Below the pieces are notes generated by a model. It saw only the letters and a program-made list of their open reading frames with translations. It was not told the origin of the DNA and searched no databases. The translations under genes and the position numbers were made by a program. DNA of 64,000 nucleotides, taken from NCBI RefSeq assembly GCF_902713615.1, contig NC_052150.1, forward strand, positions 78,175,790 through 78,239,789. The letters run 5' to 3'. The stretch is from Scyliorhinus canicula (lineage: Eukaryota). Position 1 is the stretch's first letter; every line of letters starts with the position of its first letter. This document shows positions 37,862 to 51,250 of the stretch, piece after piece.

Positions 37862-40800
37862 TGTTGTGGGGTAATTTGGCGAAAGCAGAAGATATCCAGT
37901 TCAGGCTGACATTTCTTGTGCAAACACGCTGAATATGATTAGAGATACCTCCGCAGCACGACAGGCGAGATGGGCCAATCGAATGGCACAGTTGGACATA
38001 AGCCCCTCCTCCACGGAGGGCTGCGTCACCAGAACTGCAATAAGGTCACCATATGTATTCGGTAAACTGCAAAAGCGTCTAAATGCATCTTTATTTACTC
38101 GGTTCTACTTTATTGGAATCACGTCCTTCAAATATAATAAAAGCGGGGCTCCAGTGTGCAACGGGCTATCACCAGAACTTTCAGCAAAGACCTAACCGCG
38201 GCGTCACTGAGTTATAGGAGCAATCCGTTTATTATTTCAAATTACTCACATATGAAGTTGACAAAAATAAAAGGAAAGTTTCAGCCCAACTGTTATTATG
38301 CAGTTGTAATCACGCGCTGAGATTCCCTGGCGGCTACAGGCGAGAAAACATGAGTAATCTTGACTTTCACGGGTCTGCCTGTGATTAGCCCGCCGGTTGC
38401 TGCTACATTTTCACAGTGATCACTACAATTCTGATCCACACTGGGGGCTTTGCTGATCCAGTACTATTCTGTAACGCGTGGTCTGAACATGCAGCCGCTA
38501 GATTGCATTTCTGGCTTGATGTCTGCAGCCTAAGTTTAGTAGGTTAATGCAACGTGCTGAAGCTCTGTAGGTTAAGTGTAGAAGGTCAGTGACAACAAAC
38601 TAATAAAGTAACATAACCCATTCATTATATTTCCTCTTCTATTTCACCAGCATTGCATATTAGAAGCTAATTGAACCTTGACCATTTCTGATATTTCATA
38701 CTTGCCATTTCAAGAAATCGAAACATTTCTTTCAAAATGTTTTGACCATGTGGTCTTCGGCTGTCTGGGCTACAGTAAACAGCATTTACCACATCTATAA
38801 AATCGATCTCATCATTCCGTCTTAAAAAGAAAAAACAAGAGTGTTAAACAAGATTTTACAAGGCGCCCAACTACAAATCGGTCAAGTTTAAAAGAAAGCG
38901 CGGAAACAGACGCTTCATGCAGAGTTTCTGCCGCTACCCTGTCCGAAGTGTAACTTCTGAAAATAACGACGACGACAAAAAAACTGTAACTGCGCTGCGC
39001 CCGTTTCAGGAGCGAAGCGGGAGCTTCGCTTTGTGAACTTTTTTTCCGGAATGAGGTAGCGTTCAAGGACAAATATAGCCCAAGAGCCATGCTTATTCTT
39101 ATCATTGGTGCTGGTAGCATTTAAGTGACAAAGAAATTCAGAAGTAAGTCACCCCACCTCCAACAAACACATCTTGGTCGAAGGAAACGTGCCTGTTGAC
39201 TAATGTGTGCGCACAGTTTGTTTTTGAATTGGGGATTTGTGACATTTCTGTACAATGTGACATACATCCAACGCGGCTCCGAATAGGAAGAACATGTTAG
39301 TTGTATTTTGTTCGGCCACCTCTGTAATCCAGTGCAGCCAACATGACGCTCGCAAGTGTAGTCTCTAGGTTGGGGCTGGGAGTAAAGAGTAAGATTTCTT
39401 GGTGACAAAGGACTTAATCTTCAGCCTCTGGCATTGCTGCCTTTTACTCCAGAATTCATTCTAAACCGCCTGCGAAATTGTCCCCATCGTCAGCAAACCC
39501 CATCCCCACACTGTCATTCCAATTGTTGTTATTTTAGCTTCCTGGGCGCTGGAGATAAAGCTCAGAAAATATTGCTAATCCAAAGCAGGTTTATTCAATA
39601 TATCGTTTGTGATCAAATCAGCGGGATATGAAGGGCCGGCTTTGCACGCATCGTGTTTGCTAAGGAGCCGTTCTCAGAGGATTCCTTGTCCTTGCTTGGT
39701 TCCTTAGTACAAACAACTGTCTAGAATTATCAAGGGCCGTCTAGAAACCCTGTAAAAAAAACTTAATATACTTTATCCCCCCAAAAAATGAAAATGTTCA
39801 TTTTGCAGTCCCACGTGGCATATGACACGTATGATCAGGGGAGCATACAAAGATTTAATGGGAGGGAAATAACAATTGTCATCTATACCAGAGTCTCATA
39901 TATAAAGATTCAAGTTACTGTACAACACAGTGCAAGCTAGCAGCGCGTGTATGTGTTGAAGGCAGAATATTTATCTGGGTTCTGCTGGTAAATATATGCA
40001 TTGCTTAATTCATAGGGATTCCATATTTGGATAATTTTATTCGTGTATTTTCTGGATAGGAAGTGGTCTTAAACTTTATAACTCCATTTTCCCAGTAAAA
40101 CTGTAAATTGGGATCGTAGATTGGTTGCTTCAGTTTCTCAGGGACTGGTGTCCCTTCTGAACATTATGGTAGGAACGGGGCAGGGGCCGTGTGATTCTTG
40201 TATACATTAAAAAAACACACGCACGGGGAAGCAATTGACACTGGAACGACTTGAGGTGGGGGGGGGGGGGGGGGGGGCGGGGGTCGATTCCTAGTTTCTA
40301 AGGCGCCCGTAAGTCCCCATTACGACATTGCCAACAGTCAAGAAATATGATTAACTCCACCGAAAAAAAAGGGTGAAATGGCTTATCGTGTAACATGACC
40401 AAAAATAAATACGAAACATCTTCACAATACGCCCTAAATCCCGCATGGTTATATATTTCTTGTGGCTTTTAACACAATTCCCCTGACATAAGAAAGAATA
40501 ACGAAGACAATTTCTCATCGGCCAAGACTCTATCGATCCAAGATTTCTCCATTTCTCCTTGGACACTCCAGCAATAAACTAACGTCTTGAAACATTGCAT
40601 CCACTGGGGTAAACTATACGTTGTCCAGCCAGCGAAAGAGCGAAGGTAGAAAGCAATGGAAGGAGCAGTGGGGCCCTGGTAAAAGAGAGTCTGAACTCAG
40701 CAGCCTGACTGCACTGAGCTCCGGCTCGTTCTTAGCCTCGATCGTGAACTTAAAACTGAAAGTCAGACAGAATGAGTCTTTCACTGTGTTTTGCCGAAAA

Positions 40801-42561
40801 TAAAGACCCGAGGAGAAGTCTCACCCATCCCTTCCTTGCCGCCCCGACTGAGATTACTTGTCATGTGTTACCTCTGAATTCCTGAACAAAATGTATGGGA
40901 CACTTTGTGAAGTCTTTTTTTTTAAATCGTCTCACTCTTCAAGTGTACGCGCCATTGTATGTGCGCAATGCGTTCCTTTCAGTCTACTACTGGAACAACT
41001 ATTTGCTATCCGCGCATTCTATTTTAACATATATCCTCTTCTTCTTTAAAAATAAATATATAATTCTCCATGATTCGCTGGCGAGGGCGAAGCAAGAAAA
41101 GATTTGTACCTCAAAAAAATAAATCTGAAATCAGTGGCGCCTACAAACTTGCTATGTATTAAACGGCTTAACAGTTTGGCCATCTGAGGCCACTCTACAG
41201 GCTTGTCCATTAGAATGCTTTTGTAAAGAGACTATTTTTAAAAGTAAACTTTATGAAAGTGAGTACGTTTTATGAATAAAAAGGCACCGGAGATTGACAA
41301 CCCCACTATATCAGTGTTTCGCTTTTTTTTTACTGTTTAAAACATATAGTACATTAAAATAGAAAAATAAATGTGAACTTTATAAAGTTTTCTGCTGAAA
41401 AGCAGACGAAAGGACGCGGACCGCAGTCAAGAACGTCAAAATAAAGAAGCAAGAACTTATCCCTGTTGAAATCAAGCTTATTTTAACTTAATCTATAATT
41501 CTAAATGATTTGTTAAAATTGCCGCCACCGCATTTTACTGCAGGGAAAGCGGTGAGTAGTTTTGGAGACACTTATTGCTCAGACCAAACACAAAATTGTG
41601 TTAAAACAGAGAGAAGCAAGTAATGCTGTTTAAACAGTCTTTTAGCAAATGCATTCTAACAGACAGGAATGGGGAGTAGGATCAAAAAACAGTGGTGGAA
41701 ACCCCCTTTACTATTGTAGAGCAGGTCCGATTAACTATAAAATCCAACAGAAATGGCACATGAATGGTGAACGCGGGTTGGTTTGCTAACATTAATCCCA
41801 GTAAATAATAAAACTTATTTGCTTAAATCGATCAGCGAAGCTGCCTCGAGTAAAAATATGAGCACAATTCATTTGTTTTACTTTGACCGATTTCAGTTCC
41901 GCAATTTTACTTTTCTGTCTGAATGTGAACAATGCACAACATTTGACAAGGTTAACGTTCTGAATGTGAAACTGAAGACTGGCGCTCCTGGTAAAAATTA
42001 TAATCATTTACACATCATTTCATATATCAGCAACAGTTTCTGTCAATCAAGCTGCTCAACTTAAAACTTTTCTAGCAAGTCAAAAGCAAACGTTCCGATG
42101 GAAACTAGGGCTGGGGGACCGTGTTGTCAGCATTGAAATCTATTATCTAGGCTGAATAGAGCGAATTGTTTCCTGTGCAGCTATTGTGAATGTCACGTTG
42201 ATATGTCTGGATTTAAACAAAAAGAGAAAGTCTTAACAACGACTCGGACCAAAGAACACAGGCTGAAAATGTTCAAATTCGCACGAAAGCATGCACTACA
42301 AAACACAAGAAACATAAGCAGAGAAAGCGCCGACACGCTCACATATACCCTTCCATGTCGCTTTATAATTAAAGAGATTTTGATGAGATTTTGTTGAAAT
42401 ACGGAGCGGCTTTCATTTATTTGCAAATCCAACTTGATGTTAATTTGTATAATTTACAGTCCATCCACGAATTCTCATTTTTATTTGGCATCATTCTATG
42501 TAAATTAGTGCACAGCGTGTTTTTTTAAAAATCCGCTGACAAATTGCTCACAGGCTTTATT

Positions 42562-42567
42562 CCCCCC

Positions 42568-42608
<41 letters not shown>

Positions 42609-42615
42609 AAAAAAA
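42562..42615. repeat. C6-T-C38-A9 homopolymer tract
   Basis: Read directly from the sequence. Confidence 0.9.
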
Positions 42616-45600
42616 GCGGCGATTCAGTCGCTTAGGCCACGGTGAAGGTGACGCAGCGGGGGCCAGGTCGCAAACCAAAAGAATGCCCATGTTATGTACC
42701 ACGTAGAAAATAAAGTCCGGGCGTAAAATATGCAATTACAACAAATTTCGCAGATTGGTCTCCTGTGTCGAGCTGCAATGATCGGAACGCGATCATTCAA
42801 TAGTTTGATGCCCCAGAACAAAGAAGGATTTGTGGTATCAATACTCAATCTAAAGTCACTCAATAATCTAAGGGAATGACAAATGTCTTCGAGAAAGATG
42901 CCGCGTAACTTCTTCAAATATGAAGTGCAGGCATGCTACTTCTGTTTAATATATAGGCTCAATGATCCAGAATAAAGTCAACGTTAACTTCTCGCTATTA
43001 CACTTCCCTCTTCCAAACAAAGAACCTACTGTAACCAGTGCTCACATTTCTCTTTGCAATTCACTGCTTTAGAAACAAACCTATCTTTTAGCAAAATTGT
43101 TTTTAACGTACATTGTTATTTTGCTTGCAGAGTTCAGTTGTTGCATTGCGGAAGTCTGTGTGCAAAGAAACGCGTGTGGGGCGCTAACTCGAAAATGTTT
43201 TTGGATATGAATGATTACAAAACGTAGCGAGCTACACGATGAAAATGAAAAAACGGTGGCAGTGCTTTTTCACTGAAAAAGCGAAAGAACAAATTAGCTA
43301 ATCTAAAAAAAATCGATAAAAGTGCAATTAACTTGGGGATGTCTAGACGCTTCTATTTTCCGAACAGTTAAATTAAAGCTCACAGCGGCAGGTCGGGGGC
43401 TAATGTTTGTTCTTTAGTTCCTCTTACTGTTTCTTATTCATTCCTCACTGCTGCAAAGTGTTTGCAATCTCACGTGCAAAATCTTTACTGTTTCTCCGGC
43501 GTATTTGGGGATTTACCCAGTTATACGATGATGCACCCCTATACCATTTAACGAGCTGTTTAATGTTTGCATACATTTTAAATGTTGTTATTTTGGCAAT
43601 TGCGAAATGTGAAACGCTTTTTGGAACACCAAGTCCCATATTCCGAGCAAAAGTAAAGGGAGATTGCTGTTGGCGTCTCATTTTAAATATACAGCCTTTT
43701 ACAAATAGGCTACCACTGACAATGTGTGTTCGTTGTGGGAGCAAACGCGAAGATAATAATTGCCCGCAGGAACAAAGCCCTATTATTAATTCTTTTTTAT
43801 TAACTTCTGATCATCAAAATCGTTTAGTTCTACAATACCAGATTAGACTTTTAGCAGCAAGGAAACCCAGAATGAAACACTGGTGTTCTGCTTTGCAAGT
43901 GCTGATCCTAGACCCAGAGGGCGCTGTGACCTGAAATTGCCTCAGCTTCTAACTCAGATGCATTAAATATTGAAGCTGTGCTGATTCTTGATGGGAATAT
44001 GCTTCATGACATGCACCGACCACTAGCTAACATTTTATTAAATTAACAAGCGCGTAAGAATTGGAAGATGTCGTTTTTGTTACAACGTCTAAAACAAAGG
44101 GATAAACTGAGAGGGAGAAAACTATATTGCAATATACACTCTAAACATTATCCAGGACCTTAGAAACAAAGTCACTTGCACTTTAACGAAAGCAAAAAAA
44201 AATTGAGGTAACACACAGACGAAATTTCTAATATAGACGCTATTTTAAAAAAGAACATTTTACTCGATAAGCACGGCCACGTAAACGTTCACAAGCACCC
44301 AGCGAATAAAACACACTTTATATGCACCCTTAATCCCAATGCATACACAACAACTCAACGCAACAATAGTAGTTTGTGTAATTTTAGCTAGGCCTTTATT
44401 AGAGGGAACGCGTCACCGAAAGAAGGTTCTACAGGACAAATTGGGGTTGTTTTTCCCTGCACATATAATTTTAAGAACCAACAAATATAATGTTCAGAAC
44501 AAATTTTGTTCAGATGCCACTTAAATGTGTTTACTTTAATGAATACATCCAGAACTCAAGTTAAGTTCTGTTAATGTTTTGCATTTAGTTGCTTATTGGA
44601 GGGTACTGTGTTTCGATTTTAATGACTTTGTTAATTAGCTGCCCATATTTTAAAAAAAACATAGGACATTTGAATGAAAAAGTATGCAGAAAAATACTCT
44701 GTAAATATAGATTACGTGCATTTCTGATTTAAGCGTTTCAAACTCGTTGTGATATGTGAAATACAAATAGGTGGTGTCTTGTAGATTAAAAAAATCCTAA
44801 AATTGCCACAAATGCAATGATTCTTTAATTTCAAAAGTTAACTTTAACTGAAGGGGAGGACCCACTTAGCCCGCTCTGGCATACAAGGGAAAATCGCAAA
44901 TTAGTGCATCAGGCAAAGTCCAGCTATTTAGTTTAAGTTTAACTTTGAATCAATATTTTTAAAACGCATTAAAGAAACGGCAGAATGGATTATTTATTTA
45001 ACACGACAGTTGAATATTTTTCGCATCAATGGGAGACGTACAAGAGCAGGCAGCAGACAAGTTACAGAAATGTGCTGTATACTGAACCCCAATACCAAGA
45101 TCAACGGGTGTGTGTTTGAACTTTATCGGAGATTTTAAATCACACATGCGATTATTTGGGATTCGAATCCTAAAAATACAAAAAGTTGAGGAAACAAATG
45201 TAATTTAACTTTTCACATTAATTGTAAGAACAGGAATACCGGGCTGTTATGATAGATAGCGTTATAAAAGTGAAAGTGTGTAGCATCAAGCAACAACAGA
45301 ACGGTAGGAGTAATATAATACAATGTAAAGCTTAATTCCTGAATTAAACCTTTTTCTATGGCCAGCAAATCTGACGATAGACATTTCATATTGTTACTGT
45401 TATAAAATGGATTACCGTAAGTGTTTTACTTAAACGGTAAACTTTATCGTATTGACTATGCTACATTTCAAAATTCCATTCCAGTCTACTGTGAAATGAA
45501 ACCGGGCAGTTCCCCTTTCCCAGAGGAGTTTCCGATGAAATAAAAGAAATTTCAAAAGGGACTTCCAGCCCTCCAATCTTTAATTGCTGCATTAGCTGAA

Positions 45601-45953
45601 ACATAAAATGTGAGATTTTTTTTTCCGTTGACACCGGTGTCGTAACATTCATCAAGCGGGTTGAAAAATCTTTAAACTATTATATGGATTTGGGTCGAAT
45701 AAAACGTCCATGTTGTGTCTACATGGAGTCTACTCACCTACCTTTGTTAGCAAAAACGATTATTTTGGAGCTCTTTTTGGACATTCCGTGCTTGTTGGAT
45801 TGAATTTATCTTGCCAAGTTCTTCAGCATTCGATTCGGATTTAAGAAACGAACATATTTCTTATGGAACTCGTGCTTTGGAAAAACGATGGACCAAGTAT
45901 TTCTGCTTATGGATTTTTCCTGCCCTACAGCGGCTTTGACATTGATCTAAATG

Positions 45954-45967
45954 GCGCCACCATGTGG
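45954..45967 (-). promoter_or_regulatory. CTCF motif between HoxA10 and HoxA11
   Basis: CCACATGGTGGCGC, two mismatches to consensus; overlaps a YY1-like AAATGGCG. Confidence 0.55.
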
Positions 45968-48900
45968 ACTGAACGTCCTTTTGAATTAATTCATTGTCAC
46001 AGTTCTCTGGTGTGGCAACACGAAAACGGAGAAGGAACCGGGAAAAATATCCGGCATAACAGAGCAGCTACAAACGAATTATTAGATAAAGTTCGCCACA
46101 GTTGGAATTCTAAATAGATTGCGGTATGCTTGGAAATATGCAACGGACCACATTAAACAGGCTTTATGGCTTGCCCTGCAGTTAGTAACCACAGCAACAG
46201 AGACGATCCCGTGTCATTTGCTTTGAATGCCACAGCCCCTTAATCCGGCACAACGCTGATCTCAACTCCCTCTTCCACACAACTAAAAGCTACAGTCAAA
46301 TCTTTATTCACGGCCAGTATCATCCATGATTAAAGCAACCCCGCAGGCAACATTAAACTTCCATGATACCAGATCGTAACTCGCTTGGAACTCTCAATCG
46401 CTTAAAATCTGTATCGGGTTCCGGCTATCTCCGGTGGGAGTCTAACCAGTGTGTAGAAGCTTCAGGCCTGATTATCCCCTCACCACCCCCCCCCCCACCC
46501 TCCCTCGCAACAAGGTTAGAGGTGACGTCCATGGCGCAACAGAAGTTCAAAGCCAGGAAACAAGCAGGAAAAGAGAATGCAAACTGGTATTAAAAATATT
46601 GTTGTACAAATGAAAGCTGTAACAGTTGGTGCTAAACTAGATCCCTACAAACCCAATCAAACGTAGTAGCGTGTTTACCAATCGGGGAATTAAATTCGCC
46701 ATATTAACCGAATTGCAGGGTCAATTTTTGCTTTTACCAGATGAACTGCGTTGTCAAGTGAGTTCTGCAATTCAACCAGTTTTGTTTCTGTCGAATTGTG
46801 TTCAATTCTGCCATTGAGAAGCAAAACTGGTGTTGCAATTGCCCAAAGTCTCATTTGAATTTTCCAGTGTTTTCAGAAAAGAACTAAAAAGCATACCATG
46901 CATCTAGAATGATGTGAATGTTATTCCAGCTTTTAATGATTGTTTATTACGTACATGGAATGCACAATAATACAGCTCTTTGCAGGTGCTTTACCTTTCG
47001 CCTTGAATATCCGGCAAAGTTGAAGAAACCTACATTGATCGTCCGCAAGAAAAAAAGCAGATTTTCCGCCGTGTATCCCACTGTGCGCTCTCTCAACGTA
47101 TACATGCAAATCTTACACCCTTTTTGTCAAACCGATAAATATAAATTATATACAAATGTTAAGCAAACGTCGGCATCACATTTAATTAAACAGCATTTGA
47201 TTAAGACCTTCCCTTCAAGGAATTCGTAATTCTTTTCAAAATCTAAATGTTTAATGTAAAAAAAAGGCACCACGATATGCGGTGCATCTTCCAGCCTCTT
47301 TAATACATTTCAGTGTTTTGCAGATTAATCTGAAATTACCTCCAAAAGAGGCAAAAGCAAACACTCGGCCACTTTCATCTGTCATTTTATGTGTAACTCC
47401 AAGGAAATCGCCTACTTTCGTGAGGGTAATGACGGAGATCACAACGAAACATTTAAATTAAATTGGTATAATAGGGGAAACTATTTTTAAAGGCTGGTAT
47501 GCGTTATCAGGTAACGGGTAGGCGAGAGTTGTACAATGCGGCCTATAGGTATATCGGCCTATAAAAAGATTATACGGTGAAGTACAGGAAATGTTACCAT
47601 TGTGCAATAAAACACGTATGTGTTCAAGGAAAATAAGTTTCTGTCTTTGGTTCACACGGATTAAGATGGCTTCGATATTGTAAGTACTGCAAACTTGTCA
47701 TCTCTTGAAGGAATCCGTGAAAATAATAGATGCATGAGCAGCAGTTTTTAAACCCTAATCCTATTTAAATCTGTAAATACACATTCATACTGTACCAAAA
47801 GAGCGAACATTTACAATACTTTGTGCTCAAGTATGCCATCATGGGTTAGTGTCTCCTCTTTTGAAAAGTTAAAGTAAACCTGCATTTGCAAATTACGACG
47901 CACAATATGTCAAGTACAAGTAACACTCACGGATTGTTCAGCAAGCATAAAATAGCCTGTTTTCAAAAATCGCATTATTCCAAGCTATGTTTTTAACGGT
48001 AAAGTGTTTATACAGAGAGTACCACGGCAAAAAAGGTACAAACTTCACATTCGAAACAGAATTGAATCACACTTGCTTATTTTGGCGGCGATTATGAATT
48101 TAACACAAAAACGCCTTTGAGTCTCATCAGCAGCCATCTTATGAGAATGAAATCCAGGTTGGGTATTTACATGCATGCTCTCCGTTTGGGACAGTGAAGG
48201 TCTGGTGGGGACTACTCATCGTTATTTATGGGGTGAAAAACACGGATTTATTGTAGAGATGCAGGGTTTTATCTGCCTTTCCTATGGACAAGTTTCAGTG
48301 TCCTAAGCGGTGATGAGCAGGCATTGTTTAGAGAATTGTCGCGCAAATTTCCTCCCTTTACAGAAGGTTCAGTTGCAAAAGCACGAGGCTGCTTGTTACT
48401 CATTCTAACTGAAAATAAAAAATATATATACCCAATAGTTGTGATTGATAGTGAGCGCCACTGAAAGCTTCCTAATCTAAAGCATGCGCACATTTTATTA
48501 CTTTGTTTTTATATTGCAGCTGGTCCACAACAGTCCACTCGTTCTCCTCGGGCTCCCATATACAGGTCCGTGTTCACATCGAAGCTGCATTCTTCTTAGA
48601 ATTAAGACAAATCTGTTTCGCTGAACTAAATCCAAACATTCACCTTGGCATCCCAACAATAATCTCTTGAGACGCCCTTTGTACAAAGCATGGAGATCAC
48701 ACGAATGGGAATATAATAGTGTGTGTGTGTATGGTTTGTGTATGTGAAATAAACGATGAACATTATTTCCAGTTAGTTTTTTTAAAAGTTGAATCTAGAC
48801 GTCCCATTTAGTTTTGCAAAGTTGTCCGGCCTGTCAAAACTGTACCAAAGTGTCTGCTCCCAAACTCGAACTTGAGTTCTGTTTTACCTCTGCATTCTGC

Positions 48901-48968
48901 CCTGGTCGCTTTCTTCGTAGAAGGCGAAGTTAGAAGGAGAAATGCCTCTTTGGAATCTCAGTCTAATC

Positions 48969-49201
48969 TCAAAGCAATGGATTTGTGGTATAATATTGAA
49001 GGCGGTCCCTGTTTAACTTCTTTTCCTTCATCCTCCTGTTCTGAAACCAAATTTTAACTTGCCGGTCGGTTAAATTGAGCATCCGGGAAAGTTGCAGCCG
49101 CTTCTCTTTGTTGATATAAACACTGAAAAAAAATTCTCTCTCCAGCTCTCTGATCTGGTACTTGGTGTAGGGACATCTCTTTTTGCGTGTACGCTGGCCA
49201 C
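48969..49201 (-). CDS. HOXA11: HoxA11 exon 2 (homeobox; not in the ORF track)
   Basis: Acceptor TTGCAG|GT. Manual translation: [77 protein letters not shown]. Confidence 0.96.
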
Positions 49202-50239
49202 CTGCAACAGGTAAACAGCACGTTAAACTTTGATCGTTGGAAGTGAAGGGGAACCATCACCTTCCCATGCGTTATATATGTTTTACTGTGAACGCATTCA
49301 CAGGGGTTGGGGGGGTTATTGGGTGGCTCTCCATAGCTCCTGATTTTCACACAAGAGTCTCCCCCCACCCCCACCCAGCAGTGCCAAAGAACCCAATTGT
49401 TCGCTCAAGCGTAAAAACCTCTTTTCATTCATATTTCACCAGTCCTTGGGACAAAAGATGGCTGCCTCGATCTGTATTGGTTCTAATGGTTGTGGAATTG
49501 TTAAGTTGAAGCTGGAATACTCCCGTTCCAATTATATACTTTAAAGTTGCCAATGAGCTTCCCGCAGCCTTGCACTGGCTACACGTTCTTTTTGAAAAGG
49601 CAAAACGTTTTGTCTCAAAAGGTGAACCGTTCTACTGATCGTGCATTAAACCCAGAAAATGGGTGAAATGGAGGAGGAGAACAGAAAAGTGTTATTTTAT
49701 CTGAGGAGTTCAAACTAAAACTCGGGAATGGGAAACTTCAGCTGTCTCTTTTTAAAGAAGGCACTTAGAAGGACAAATCAGTTCCTTAGGAGAGGGGGGC
49801 TTAATTCTATAGTCATTCTGGGCTGTAAAACTCAGCATGCAGCAGCCTTCAGGAGCAATATTGCAGCGTTCAGACTGACTCGATCAAAAGTCCAGCTATA
49901 AAATGCGATTATTAAATAAAATACGGCCACCCTGCTCTGAAATAAGTTTTTATGATGGAAAGCTCCATGCTAGAGGTATTGCAGTATTTATATAGCTGTT
50001 AAAAATGTCACTTTTCCCACATTATGTTTTAAAGCGGTTACTTATGGAACGGAATACAACCTATAAATAGAGTTTCTGTGTCAACACGTGTGTTTTTATA
50101 GAACTGCTGAGTGCATTAATATACGCAAATATCGCAAGCCGCTAAAAGCCAATCTTCATAACTTCGCACCTAATCCTAAAATGATCAGAATTTCTAACCC
50201 CAATGTCACTTTTTTGAGGTGCTGCTGGACGTATTTTAA

Positions 50240-50395
50240 TGCAGCGATTGGCTGGAGTTATTTCACGGCCAATTTCAGAGCTGAGCACGTGATCCTGTCA
50301 TTTATATAAAAAAAGTTTTGTTGGGAAATCTACAGGCCATCCATAAACCCTCTTATATGCTTATAAAACAGCACATAAAAATTTTAACAGCAGCG
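50240..50395 (+). promoter_or_regulatory. Antisense-oriented core promoter in the HoxA11 intron (HOXA11-AS-like)
   Basis: ATTGG 50247, CCAAT 50269, CACGTG 50286, MEIS CTGTCA 50295 and TATATAAA 50303 in promoter order on the plus strand. Confidence 0.55.
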
Positions 50396-50444
50396 CGCGA
50401 GATCGCAAAACTTTCCCTCACAACTGGGCTCTGACTCTACCTAC

Positions 50445-51054
50445 TGGAGTTGCTGCCTTTCTCCTCATTGTTGCCGGAAGAGGACTCCGGGCTGCTGCTC
50501 CCGGGGCTCGTCTCTTTCTCCACGGACACCCTGGAAGTCTCCGAACTTGAAGTTGCCGCAGACGGCACTTTATCCGGACTCTTCTCCCCGCAATACTCCG
50601 ACTGCTGATTCTCACTGGAACCGTAGGCAGTCTCGAAAAACTGATCAAATCCTTGCGGTAGGACACCGTTCCTGCCCACCGGGTTGTAGAAGCTGGAAGA
50701 CGCGTTGGAGCTGGGGTGATAGACGCTGGCGCTATTTTTCATTAACATCTCGCCCATAGTGCTGGCAGGAAGACACTCTCTGTGCATCAGCTCCTCTGCG
50801 GAGTAGCAGTGGGGCAGATTGCCCCTGTGATGCCACTTATTGGAAGGATCGATGGCATAGTCTCTGAAGGTAACTTCTCGCACAGGTTGAACCTGGGGGA
50901 TATTAGACGAGTAAGAGTATGTCATGGGGCGAGAAGCCGGGGTTTGGGGTAAAAAAGAAGGCAGGCTGGAGAAATCCGGACCCGAGACATAATAGGTGCA
51001 GCTAGGCAAATAAAGATTCGAGCCACAAGAAACCCGCTCATCAAAATCCATCAT
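50445..51054 (-). CDS. HOXA11: HoxA11 exon 1 (spliced protein 280 aa from the first Met)
   Basis: [35 protein letters not shown]...[19 protein letters not shown]. Phase-1 donor A|GTAGGT. Confidence 0.96.
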
Positions 51055-51149
51055 CGCTTGCTTGGGGTCCCCTAGCGCAAGAATAGCTTGCATTCGCCCA
51101 GCTAAACATGGTCCTTAGATGCTGCTGCCTCTTTGAAGCTGATCCGCGG

Positions 51150-51250
51150 AGTAAAAATTTGGAAACGTAAGCTGACGTGGAAATGTATCTCCATACATCG
51201 CAGGGACAAGTTAGTCATGTGACCAGATGCCTGGAGAAATTGACATGCAT
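51150..51250 (-). promoter_or_regulatory. HoxA11 proximal promoter
   Basis: CRE-like TGACGT and the E-box variant GTCATGTGAC lie about 120-170 bp upstream of the ATG. Confidence 0.5.

Noticed and set aside
43407-43934. 175-aa plus-strand ORF and other intergenic ORFs of 60-140 aa
   Set aside because: Many have non-ATG starts, their composition looks like translated AT-rich non-coding DNA, and no domain is recognisable.
51055-51093. Upstream in-frame ATG extending HoxA11 by 13 aa (and GTG/TTG extensions of A6, A7, A9)
   Set aside because: The conserved N-termini begin at MMDFDER, MSSY and MST. The extension cannot be excluded but has no support.
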